Below, in pieces: positions 54,401 through 64,000 of a stretch of 64,000 nt of DNA (its first letter is position 1; every line of letters starts with the position of its first letter). Position numbers and translations under genes: made by a program. The stretch is from NCBI GenBank assembly GCA_964016885.1, contig OZ024755.1:21204001-21268000 (forward strand), given 5' to 3'. This stretch comes from Eledone cirrhosa (lineage: Eukaryota). The notes beneath the pieces are model-generated. The model was not told where the DNA came from and ran no database searches. It saw only the letters and a program-made list of their open reading frames with translations.

Positions 54401-57400
54401 AAATGTTGAGGAAGAATTATAGTGACTTGGTGAGAGGAATGATTGAAATGAATATGGAAGGAAGTAGAGGAAGGGAGGATGACTAAGATAGACCTAACTA
54501 AAGATGACGGAGGAAATGAAAGCCAGGGGGTTGATGAGAGAGGATACAGATAATAAGGCAAAATGTGGTATGAACCTGGCATGGAAAATAGCCTTAAAAT
54601 GTTTGTTGTAATTTACTGTTGATTTATTATATTCACTATTTTTCTATTGGAGTAAGACAATGGCCAAGTGGCTATGATAGTGAAACAATGGTCAAATGGC
54701 TAAGAATAAGGAGAGAATGGTCAAATGGCTAAGATAATGAGACAATGGTCAAGGGACTAAGATATTGAGACAAATGGTCAAGGGGCCAAGATAGTGAGAC
54801 AATGGTCAAGTGGCTAAAATAGTGAGACAATGGTCAAGAGACTAAGATAGTGAGACAATGGTCAAATAGCTAAGATAGTAGATAAATGAGCCCTAAATTA
54901 CAGCATTTGTTTTCAGGTGACACCATGCACTACTTCACGATTGTGAGCTGAATATCCTAACCACTACAACACACTTTCATTGCCATTGCTGCTGTTATGA
55001 TGTTCATCATTTTCAACAGTGTTTCTATAAGTTGATACATTACTTGATGTCAAAATGAAATTATCAATACATATAATACATAGAGGCATATGGCTTAGTG
55101 GTTAGAGCATTTGCCTTGCAATCGAAAGGCTGTGAGTTCAATTCTCAGACCGGGTGATGTGTTGTTTCCTTGAGCAAGACACTTTATTTCACATTGCTCC
55201 AGTTTACTCAGCTGTAGAAATGAGATGATAGGGACTGGGGTCCCTATCATTCCACTGCAAAGTGGTCGTGGAGGTGCCACGGCAAAAAAGCACCCAGCAC
55301 TCACTATAAATGAGGTTGGTGTTAGGAAGGGCATCCAGCTGTAGTAATCAAGCCAGAATCAGTTCCCGTCCCACCCTTGCAAGCAGGGGAAAGTGGGCGT
55401 AAAATGAAATGATGATGATAAAATATATATCAGTTTAATCAATACATATATACGAGCGAGACGCGGTCGCGGTCAATCAATACATATATACGAGGGAGAC
55501 ACGGTCACAAGACCAATCTTGCCTCAAGTGGGACAATTCCCGTCTAACCCATGCTAGCGTGGAAGATAGACGTTAAACGATGATGATGATGATATAAAAT
55601 ATATATCGATAATATTTCTCAGTGAAAAGCTCAATAAATTCAGATCATCAATAATATTATATATTTGTAAACGATATACGAAGATATATCAATTGCGAAA
55701 CAAACTAGTATTTTTTTACATATATTTATAATACGTGAGGAGGGAGGGAGGGTGCACTGTACACAGCAGATGATCTGCACGATTTCTCTCCCCTTGATTG
55801 TTACACGAATCGGTTTAAAAAGTTACGACATGACGACACCAAGTTTTTACTTTGTCGCTCTACCAGCTAAAAATATCTTCAACAAAATAAATATATAAAA
55901 GCAGACTAAGAAACACCGACGTATTCGCCATAATAACATTTATAATTCTTTAATAAGACATTGTTGACGAAAAACATAGAAGAAAGGTAAATAAATAACG
56001 TAACTTCGTCGGAACCTTAAAAATATTAGATGTTGTTCGAAGCAGACGATAGTTACTGCTGAGTATGTGACGTCACTGTAGATTAATTTGGTCTCTCTCA
56101 CTCTCTTTCTCCCCCTCTCTCATTACATTATATATCTGCCACTCTGCTCATTACTTTAACTCCTCAATCAACCAATACATTTATTTCTGTCTCTCTCTAT
56201 TTCTTTGTTACATTCTATCATCTGTATCTCTTTATTACTTTCTCACCCCTCCCCCCATCTCTCTATCTCTGTGTTACTTTCTCTCCTTCCTCCCCCCCCC
56301 CCATCTCTCTATCTCTGTTACTTTCTCTCCTTCCTTCTTCCCTCTATGTTGTCTAACGTGACGTGTGACCAACACATCGGAGGAGGATGTTTATATTTTA
56401 GACAACACATAGAAACCTCAACCTGGTCATTCAGCCTGCTAGAAATAACAGCCAAATATCCTTTGGTGGGGTGTTTTAAAAGGAAAGAAAGATCGGTACT
56501 TGTATTTTACGCGTATATATTTTTACAGCAGAGGACCTGCACGATTTCTCTCCCCTTGATTGTTACACGAATCGGTTTAAAAAGTTACGACATGACGGCA
56601 CCAAAGTCTTTACTTGGTCGCTCTACCAGCTAAAAATATCTTCAACAAAATAAATATATAAAAGCAGACTACGAAACACCGACGTATTCGCCATAATAAC
56701 ATTTATAATTCTTTAATAAGACATTGTTGATGAAAAACATAGAAGAAAGGTAAATAAATAACGTAACTTCGTCGGAACCTTAAAAATATTAGATGTTGTT
56801 CGAAGCAGACGATAGTTACTGCTGTGTATGTGACGTCACTGTAGATTAATTTGGTCTCTCTCACTCTCGTTCTCCCCCTCTCTCATTACACTATATATCT
56901 GCCACTCTGCTCATTACTTTAACTACTCAATCAACCAATACATTTATTTCTGTCTCTCTCTATTCCTTTGTTACATTCTATCATCTCCTTTCTCTGTTTT
57001 ACTCTGTATCTCTTTATTACTTTCTCCCCCCTCCCCCCTCTATCTCTGTGTTACTTTCTCCTTCCTTCTTCCCCGCCTCTCTCTCTCTTTGTGTTACTTT
57101 CTCCTCCCCTCCCTCTATGTTGTCTAACGTGACGTGTGACCAACATATCGGAGGAGGATGTTTATATTTTAGACAACACATAGAAACCTCAACCTGGTCA
57201 TTCAGCCTGCTAGAAATAACAGCCAAATATCCTTTGGTGGGGTGTTTTAAAAGGAAAGAAAGATCGCTACTTGTATTTTATGCGTATATATTTTTGCCAC
57301 TATAGTGAACAGTAGGTAAATAAATTAAAATGTATAAATATAGGAGACGACGACTGTCAAAGAAGGTACTCAGTACGTTAGTAGAGTATAGGTATATTCA

Positions 57401-57677
57401 TTTTATTATACAAGTGACCCCTATGGGACTGGAACAGTTTCATTCGTAAGAAATCATTAGGATGTTTTCTTACGAATGAAACAGCTCCAGTCATGTTGAG
57501 GTTACCTTTATAATTGTTTCTACTTTTAACACAAGGCCAGCAATTATCCCAGTGCATTACTGGTACTTTATTTTATCGACCCCGTAAGAATGAAAGGCAA
57601 AGTTAATCTCAGACCATAAAAGACCGTAACTCTATGCTGCAAAGCATGGCGTCCGACCCTCTACCGATACTGCCAAA

Positions 57678-57749
<72 letters not shown>

Positions 57750-59046
57750 GAAGATAGACGTTAAACGATGATGATGATGATATAAAATATATATCGATAA
57801 TGTTTCTCAGTGAAAAGCTCAATAAACATCTATTCAGATCATCAATAATATTATATATTTGTAAACGATATACGAAGATATATCATTTGCGAAACAAACT
57901 AGTATTTTTTTCACATATATTTATAATACGTGAGGAGGGAGGGAGGGTGCACTGTACACAGCAGAGGACTTGCACGATTTCTCTCCCCTTGATTGTTACA
58001 CGAATCGGTTTAAAAAGTTACGACATGACGACACCATGTCTTTACTTGGTCGCTCTACCAGCTAAAAATATCTTCAACAAAATAAATATATAAAAGCAGA
58101 CTAAGAAACACCGACGTATTCGCCATAATAACATTTATAATTCTTTAATAAGACATTGTTGATGAAAAACATAGAAGAAAGGTAAATAAATAACGTAACT
58201 TCGTCGGAACCTTAAAAATATTAGATGTTGTTCGAAGCAGACGATAGTTACTGCTGAGTATGTGACGTCACTGTAGATTAATTTGGTCTCTCTCACTCTC
58301 TTTCTCCCCCTCTCTCATTACACTATATATCTGCCACTCTACTCATTACTTTAACTCCTCAATCAACCAATACATTTATTTCCGTCTCTCTCTATTCCTT
58401 TGTTACATTCTATCATCTCCTTTCTCTGTTTTACTCTGTATCTCTTTATTACTTTCTCAACCCCTCCCCCCATCTCTCTATCTCTGTGTTACTTTTTCTC
58501 CTTCCTTCTTCCCTCTATGTTGTCTAACGTGACGTGTGACCAACACATCGGAGGAGGATGTTTATATTTTAGACAACACATAGAAACCTCAACCTGGTCA
58601 TTCAGCCTGCTAGAAATAACAGCCAAAGATCGCTACTTGTATTTTATGCGTATATATTTTTGCCACTATAGTGAACAGTAGGTAAATAAATTAAAATGTA
58701 TAAATATAGGAGACGACGACTGTCAAAGAAGGTACTCAGTACGTTAGTAGAGTATAGGTATATTCATTTTATTATACAAGTGACCCCTATGGGACTGGAA
58801 CAGTTTCATTCGTAAGAAATCATTAGGATGTTTTCTTACGAATGAAACAGCTCCAGTCATGTTGAGGTTACCTTTATAATTGTTTCTACTTTTGGTACAA
58901 GGCCAGCAATTATCCCAGTGCATTACTGGTACTTTATTTTATCGACCCCGTAAGAATGAAAGGCAAAGTTAATCTCAGACCATAAATGACCGTAACTCTA
59001 TGCTGCAAAGCATGGCGTCCGACCCTCTACCGATACTGCCAAATTA

Positions 59047-59079
<33 letters not shown>

Positions 59080-59217
59080 AGCAAAACACAGTCCTATGGC
59101 CTGGATTCCTCACAACAGGACAGCATGCCCTATCCATGCTACCGTGGAAAATGGACGTTAAACGATGATGATGATTTTATATATATGTTTGTGTGTATGT
59201 ATGTATATATATGTATG

Positions 59218-59254
<37 letters not shown>

Positions 59255-62200
59255 GTATGTTTATATATATATATATATTTTGAGTATATGATGATTGTAT
59301 ACCAACACCTCAGTATGCAGGCTGGAGCACTCGACGAAGTGCGAAGGTTGGTTTGGTTACTCCGGAGTAATGTAAAATAAAGTAAAATTAAAAGTCAAAT
59401 GTTTAAAATTTAGCTTCGTTTATTGCTGCTATATATATTTCGGTGACAGCCATCTTTGGCTGTGACCTCTTCAGGCAGTTTGAATTAGTATGGTATAGAC
59501 AAGTACATATGTTGTTTAGGTGTATAATTTTGTCAATACTCTGATATGCCCAGTTCCTTGTTGGGTTGTTATTTCATTGAGGAACTGGAATCATATCATA
59601 TGACTTTTTATTTTACTTTATTTTATATATATATATATATATATATACACATACATAATATTGTGTCTAAAAGCTCGACTTACTTTTTGATGTAGGTTCT
59701 TACAGGGGAGGCAACTGCTCAGGATGTCACGACATGGTTGCATCAAAATAGATTTGTCAGTTATGTGCGCTTATTCCAAAATTTTTCAGGTAAAATATAT
59801 TTTTATTCTTGAACATTCTTTGTCATTATGCTTGGTAAGACAAACATATACTGACACTCTCTCCCCCTCACTATGTCTCTATCTCAGTCTCTTTCTCTAT
59901 CTCTCACTCTCTCTCCCCCACTTGTGTATATCCAGTTAAACATTTACTTAGTAATAATTATTGTGTGAATATTGGTTCAAACAACACTTCATGATGTATA
60001 TAAACCCTGTTATGGGATCTGCAAGGTTAACCCCTCTTCTAGTAACGAAAATAACCTTAAAACATTTATTGTTGTTCTTCTTCACTCATTCCTGAAAGGG
60101 TTGTGGGGTCAGTGTCCTTAAACATTTTCCAGCAGGTACTGTCAGAAGCAACCATCTCCAACTAATCCAGCTGGCTCCCAAAATGAGACCAGCCAAGCGC
60201 ATGGATGTTATTTAAACATCTTGCTCGGGATCTACCCCTGCGTCTCCTGCCATTTGTTTTGCCTGTAAAATCTGTCCAGCGATTCTTTTCTGAGACATTC
60301 TGACTACATGCCCAGAGTATCAGAGCCGTGATCTCTCTATTTGTAGAAATAGCGGCTCTACCTGGAGCAGCTCTCTGATCTCCAAGCTACACATGCTATT
60401 GAGTAACGTTACTCCAAAGACCCTTTGGAGGAATCCTATTTTGGCTGCTTGCATTCGCGAGTGTATTCTTTCAGTCATTACCCAAGATTCATAACCATAG
60501 GTAAGAGTTGGCATGAATATTGAATTGAGATAGTGTTGTTGTTGTTGTTAATCAATACTTAAGTAAAGCTTCAGTAGTTTCATTAACAACTCTGATTTAA
60601 CTCTCACTGCAATGTCACAAAATAAAATACTTCAAAGTTGTTATTTTTTTTTGCAGGTGCTGATCTTCTTCGTTTATCAAGGGACGACCTTATACAGATT
60701 TGTGGCCTAGCAGATGGCATTAGATTGAATAATGCATTACAAGCCAAGTATGACAAGATTTTGTTTCATTTTTCATATATTTTATCTTCAATCTTCATTC
60801 TGTTACAACCTTAATATTGTCTTCTGCACCACTATTACACAGCTTCAAGATGTGGGGTGAGGTGGGTCAATAAAATCAATACCAGTTAAATACTGAGGGT
60901 TAATGTGATCAATGATACCCTTCACTATAATCTTGTGCCATTGTTTCATATCTATTGTTTATTTTATCAATAATAGTAATTAGTATTAATAATACCTTGT
61001 TTTAAAAATAGAAACGTCTGCTTCCTACCATTCTTTGTACAATGGTGTTTTATTGTTGTTGGTTACATATGTACATACATAGATGTCTGCATACATGTCC
61101 ACATGCATAAATACATACATGTCCGCATGCATATGTATATTTTCATTGTATTTTTGTTTTTCAGATGTGTCAGGCCTAGATTAACGATATATGTATGTCA
61201 GGAAGGGGACCATGGTAAGTATATTTGTCTATTATTCTTGTTTAGTCCCCCATTTCTACATCATTTTCCCTTTTTTCCTCCTGATTTTCTCTTTGTACCC
61301 CTTTTTTCTCCTTCATGTATGCCTCTCATTTATAAACCCCATCCACTAATTCAATACAAAATAGAAGACTGCGATAGTACAGACATGTTATGGGCATGGA
61401 CAATGACCATTGGGTGAAAAATTCTCAGTGGGAGGAAGCTGCAGTAGAGGTAGACTAAGAAAGACCTGGGCAGAGGTTGTGAAGAGCTGACCTCAAATTG
61501 CTGAGAGTCACAAAGGAGATGATGAAGGAACGCTGTGAGTGGAGAGATGCTGTGCTGTGAAGGACCCATCCAACCCATAGAAGCGTGGGAAAACGGACAT
61601 AAAAACAATATAATGTAGGTCCCCATCTCTTCTATAAGCAAGGTTTTCTTGTATAAATGACTGGGAATATTACTTTTACATTTTATAATATCTAACTATA
61701 CATGTGTATTATATAGAGGTATAGAGATAACTGTTGTTTTAAAACTTTTTCATCTTTTTCAGTTTATCATGCAGTATTCCTTGATAATCCAACTTCCAGG
61801 GAAATCAAACAGAAGTTAGCTGATCTCTTCACTTTAGAATTCCATAAAATTTCAGAAATACTTTGGCAAGGACCTTCAGGAATCCACATAGTTTTAAATG
61901 ATGAGGTAAAAACATTGTATCTGCATGTTTGTTGGTTATTTTGTGGTTCTGGTTGTTTTGGGAGAACCAGAAAATTAGAAAAGTAAAGTTAGAAAAACAA
62001 AGCAATTTACACTTTTATTTTGTATTTTATAATATGAGGGTCAGCTGAAAAGTTCATAGGCTGACCAAGATAATCTCGTGAAATGACTGAATGAGGTTTA
62101 TTTTTCAACAGTTGTTATTTATTTTCTTATAATAACATAGTAACAATGTTTCAATAAAATTGTCTTCTATTGATATGCAAATTTCTAATGTTTCATTTAG

Positions 62201-62318
62201 TAACCTCTATAATAACTTTGATATCTTCAATGTGCAATTAAAAAAATATATATTTATAATTTTCAGGTTGTTCGAAATTTTCAAGACCAGTCAAGATTTC
62301 TTATATCTGCTATTAAAG
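27768..62318 (+). CDS. TFCP2: CP2/LSF-family transcription factor gene (TFCP2/UBP1/gemini ortholog), 17 exons in window, 3' end incomplete
   Basis: Spliced exons give [95 protein letters not shown] region [43 protein letters not shown]; all GT-AG introns with consistent phases (1669 nt in total using one copy of exon 2). Confidence 0.95.
28364..28414 (+). CDS. TFCP2: TFCP2 exon 2a
   Basis: (S)[16 protein letters not shown](G); CTTCAG| ... GG|GTTAGT. Confidence 0.75.
29645..29960 (-). mobile_element. RTE LINE 3' fragment in intron
   Basis: [22 protein letters not shown]; homologous to 25200-25450. Confidence 0.8.
30970..31020 (+). CDS. TFCP2: TFCP2 exon 2b (duplicate of 2a)
   Basis: (S)[16 protein letters not shown](G); CTTCAG| ... 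GG|GTAAGT. Confidence 0.8.
31384..31584. mobile_element. Second TTAA-flanked MITE family
   Basis: TTAA|CCATTTTGTTACCATATTT...AAATATGGTAACAAAAGGG|TTAA; partial copies nearby and at about 3865, 9120, 48730. Confidence 0.65.
31726..31802 (+). CDS. TFCP2: TFCP2 exon 3
   Basis: [25 protein letters not shown]; AACAG| ... G|GTAAAT. Confidence 0.95.
32254..32321 (+). CDS. TFCP2: TFCP2 exon 4
   Basis: [23 protein letters not shown]; TACAG| ... |GTATGT. Confidence 0.93.
32974..33079 (+). CDS. TFCP2: TFCP2 exon 5
   Basis: [35 protein letters not shown]; TGCAG| ... G|GTGAGT. Confidence 0.95.
33270..33725. repeat. 45-bp tandem repeat, about 10 degenerate copies
   Basis: TTACAGwGTGTAyTGGGTGTATTTTATCATGGCACCAGCACTACCACT. 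Confidence 0.88.
33803..34056 (+). CDS. TFCP2: TFCP2 exon 6 (core CP2 DNA-binding domain)
   Basis: [10 protein letters not shown]...EFIWDP...[26 protein letters not shown]...[11 protein letters not shown]; |GTAAGA. Confidence 0.96.
34938..35150 (+). mobile_element. SINE family 1 copy abutting exon 7 acceptor
   Basis: GATTGGCAGTATTGGTAG head, GGGTCGATAAAATAAAGTACCAG core, GCCTTGTGCCT...ATTATT tail. Confidence 0.78.
35160..35228 (+). CDS. TFCP2: TFCP2 exon 7
   Basis: [23 protein letters not shown]; TTTTAG| ... |GTAAGA. Confidence 0.95.
35771..35812 (+). CDS. TFCP2: TFCP2 exon 8
   Basis: [14 protein letters not shown]; TGCAG| ... GAG|GTTAGC. Confidence 0.95.
38903..44190. repeat. 5.3-kb intronic minisatellite, 40-41 bp unit GAGTGGyAGATAGTATATTACTrTTGTGACACTTyTGTwG(G)
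   Basis: Roughly 130 tandem copies, no spacers. Confidence 0.97.
44385..44812. repeat. About 42-bp minisatellite GATATTAGAGATCCATGTAAGATATCTATATGATAACATTGT
   Basis: About 10 degenerate tandem copies. Confidence 0.88.
45912..45986 (+). CDS. TFCP2: TFCP2 exon 9 (linker, phase 0-0, possibly cassette)
   Basis: TTTCTTGTAG| [28 protein letters not shown]|GTAAGC; 75 nt, open and frame-preserving; no family homology recognised. Confidence 0.6.
47935..48150. repeat. About 47-bp degenerate tandem repeat
   Basis: AAACCATCTGAAACTATCCyTGGTTyTACAATACAAA repeated 4-5 times. Confidence 0.7.
49178..49392. repeat. About 76-bp tandem repeat, 3 copies
   Basis: CCTGCTAGyACCTCCTCTACCATTTTTAGCAGA... repeated. 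Confidence 0.8.
50270..50467. mobile_element. Tc1/mariner-type MITE
   Basis: TIRs CTGAAAAGTTCATAGGCTGA / TCAGCCTATGAACTTTTCAG ending CCCTCG|TA; partial copy at 62033-62110. Confidence 0.75.
51088..51191 (+). CDS. TFCP2: TFCP2 exon 10 (Ser-rich linker)
   Basis: TTAACAG| [36 protein letters not shown]|GTTAGT; phase 2 fits exon 11. Confidence 0.78.
51159..52655. repeat. 61-bp minisatellite derived from exon 10 end and donor, about 24 copies
   Basis: Unit TCAGAAGTGAGGTTAGTCAkTGTTTTGCCTTAAGCCTAyTCTATCCAATAGTAGyACCATA. Confidence 0.95.
53129..53224 (+). CDS. TFCP2: TFCP2 exon 11 (linker)
   Basis: TTTGCAG| [33 protein letters not shown]|GTAAGA; 96 nt, phase 2-2. Confidence 0.72.
54028..54154 (+). 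CDS. TFCP2: TFCP2 exon 12 (Ser/Pro-rich linker; start ambiguous: 54028, 54031 or 54055)
   Basis: [36 protein letters not shown] |GTCAGT; phase 2-0 links exon 11 to exon 13. Confidence 0.72.
54652..54880. repeat. About 28-bp minisatellite GAGACAATGGTCAAGTGGCTAAGATAGT
   Basis: About 8 copies. Confidence 0.85.
55083..55420 (+). mobile_element. SINE family 2 composite copy
   Basis: Near identical to 19335-19640; ends in (GAT)n tail. Confidence 0.8.
55561..59043. repeat. Intronic tandem segmental triplication
   Basis: Core block starting ACAGCAGA..CTGCACGATTTCTCTCCCC at 55763, 56525 and 57958; 55561-55760 repeated at 57749-57955; 57260-57676 repeated at 58627-59042. Confidence 0.93.
59426..59478 (-). 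ncRNA. Minimal type I hammerhead ribozyme
   Basis: Minus strand: CTGC-CTGAAGA-GGTcACAGCCA(AAGA)TGGCTGTcACC-GAAA-TATATA-TA^-GCAG; both conserved core boxes, stems I and II, and a UH cleavage site are present. Confidence 0.8.
59696..59789 (+). CDS. TFCP2: TFCP2 exon 13 (SAM-like domain start)
   Basis: [32 protein letters not shown]|GTAAAA. Confidence 0.93.
60075..60528 (-). mobile_element. RTE LINE 3' fragment in intron
   Basis: [36 protein letters not shown]. Confidence 0.82.
60657..60747 (+). CDS. TFCP2: TFCP2 exon 14
   Basis: [32 protein letters not shown]|GTATGA. Confidence 0.96.
61165..61214 (+). CDS. TFCP2: TFCP2 exon 15
   Basis: [18 protein letters not shown]|GTAAGT. Confidence 0.95.
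61763..61905 (+). CDS. TFCP2: TFCP2 exon 16
   Basis: [23 protein letters not shown]...[13 protein letters not shown] |GTAAAA. Confidence 0.95.
62267..62318 (+). CDS. TFCP2: TFCP2 exon 17
   Basis: [18 protein letters not shown]|GTAAGA; matches the family's penultimate exon pattern. Confidence 0.92.
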
Positions 62319-63444
62319 GTAAGACGATTTTTGTTTCTATATCTTTCTAGTTTATTTTCTGATATCAATCAAATGTGAAGGCATATGGCTTAGTTGTTAG
62401 TGTGTTCATCTCATAATCATGAGGTTGTGAGTTTGATTCTTGGTGGTACATAATGTCATTGAGCAAGACACTGTATTTAACGTCCACTCCAGCCAACTGG
62501 GGTGGAGTGGTGAGTGGCCAGAGAGTGATGAGGCTGAATGAATGAAGTCCACTCAGCTGGATTGCTTAATGGAAAAAATATCGTTGTTGTTGAATACTTG
62601 CAGAAAGGTTTCAATTAGGATTTATTCAGTATTCATTATATTGCAGGAATAGGTGATGCTTAACACTAGCATTTACACCGGCCATATCCAGCTAGTCTTC
62701 TTTCACCTTTTTCTGTTCAAATTGGCCGTAACAGGCCACTCATACTGATGTTAAGGTATTGTTCTCAAAATAAATGACATCAAAATCTCATAGATTCGAT
62801 ATTATGTGAGATAAAGCCTTTACCATGAAAATACAATAGTATATGTAGAGTAATGTAAATGCTTAAGAAAAGTTTGATTTGGGTACGAGTTGTTGTACCT
62901 ATTCAAAGGGGCAGTTTTGTCACACACTGTCATAATGAATCTCCCTGAGAATTATGATAAGGGTTAGGAATACCCAGCCACATGTATGTTAATTTCATGA
63001 CCAGACTGTTCTATTGTTTTGAACAACTGGAAAACTGATTGTTGAAACTGATACAGGTCTAACATTCAATTATATAACAGTAATATTCTGCAATCCATAG
63101 TGTTGTTGGGTCTCTCCCTCTCTAATTCTGTCCTCTTTGTTCTACTCAGACGCTCTTACTCTCTCTCTCTCTCTCTCTCTGTCTTCCTTGTTTTGCTTTG
63201 AGTCTCTCTCCCTTATTCTTTCTCACTGTGTCTGTTTCTTTCTCTCTCAGCCATGGTTAATACAATGTAAATATATATTCTTAGGTTTAATCGAGACATA
63301 TAATATATATATTGATCATGTTTCTTAATAAACATATTTATTATATATCATTTAAACTTGTATAAATCTTTATCTATAGTCAAGTTTTTCTCAATTCTCT
63401 CCCATATACACATACACCTGTCTGACTTCCACTATTATCACATT

Positions 63445-63570
63445 TATGGTCTGAGTTCAAATCCTGTCGAGGTTAACTTTAATTTTAATCCTTAGGGGAT
63501 CGATAAAATAAAGTACCAGTAATGTACTGGGTAATTGCTGGCCTTGTGCCAAAAGTAGCAACAATTATTA
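63445..63570 (+). mobile_element. SINE family 1 copy (5' truncated)
   Basis: CTGAGTTCAAATCC...GATAAAATAAAGTACCAGTAATG...GGCCTTGTGCC. Confidence 0.75.
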
Positions 63571-64000
63571 TCACATACAGACCTGTCTGTATTTCTCTAT
63601 TACCTCGTTTATTGTATTTTATCTCTCTCACTCTCACTATATATATACTAGCTGACATATCCAGCTTCACCTAGGTAAACAGATGATAAGAGAAGACAGG
63701 TAAAAGAGAAAATGACAGTATTGGATGTTTGTCTGACAAAAAAATAAAACAGTAAAACATCTTCCAGATACACCAGATTCTTCGCTTTACCGTTTGTGCA
63801 TAGTATATGAATGTGCCTACGTGTTCCCAACCGTCATATAACTGTCCATGGGTAAAAAGCGATTATCTTGTATTCAGTTTTACAACTTTGAAACTCTGAG
63901 CCTGAGCTTTGTGTATGGTCATAACAAAACTGGCTCTAGCAGGGAACTGAAGTCTTGAGAATTTGAAATACAGCTTGGTAGAGATAAGAGGAATCTTGGG

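Noticed and set aside
62647-62663. Possible last TFCP2 exon (GIGDA-stop) after TTGCAG
   Set aside because: No similarity to the conserved family C-terminus (Y.IILK type); the true last exon probably lies beyond the window.

Overview
AT-rich, repeat-dense eukaryotic (animal) genomic DNA. The SINE, LINE and microsatellite content suggests a coleoid cephalopod, probably octopus-like (inference). Two spliced protein-coding genes lie on the + strand. (1) An uncharacterised protein of about 424 aa (exons 4279-4484 and 5417-6543) with a C-terminal SOCS box and a probable beta-propeller. (2) A TFCP2/LSF/UBP1 (CP2/Grainyhead family) transcription factor gene from 27768 to beyond 62318; 17 consecutive in-phase exons were read by hand and the last exon is probably outside the window. 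The rest is tRNA-derived SINEs, RTE- and CR1-type LINE fragments, TTAA and TA MITEs, a non-autonomous Helitron, minisatellites and microsatellites. Most notable observations: a complete minimal type I hammerhead ribozyme in a TFCP2 intron (antisense), a family of palindrome-headed elements carrying half-hammerhead motifs, a tandemly duplicated TFCP2 exon 2, a 61-bp minisatellite that copies a TFCP2 exon end and its splice donor about 24 times, and an RTE LINE with twin-priming-type 5' inversion. All calls are by eye; no database search was run.
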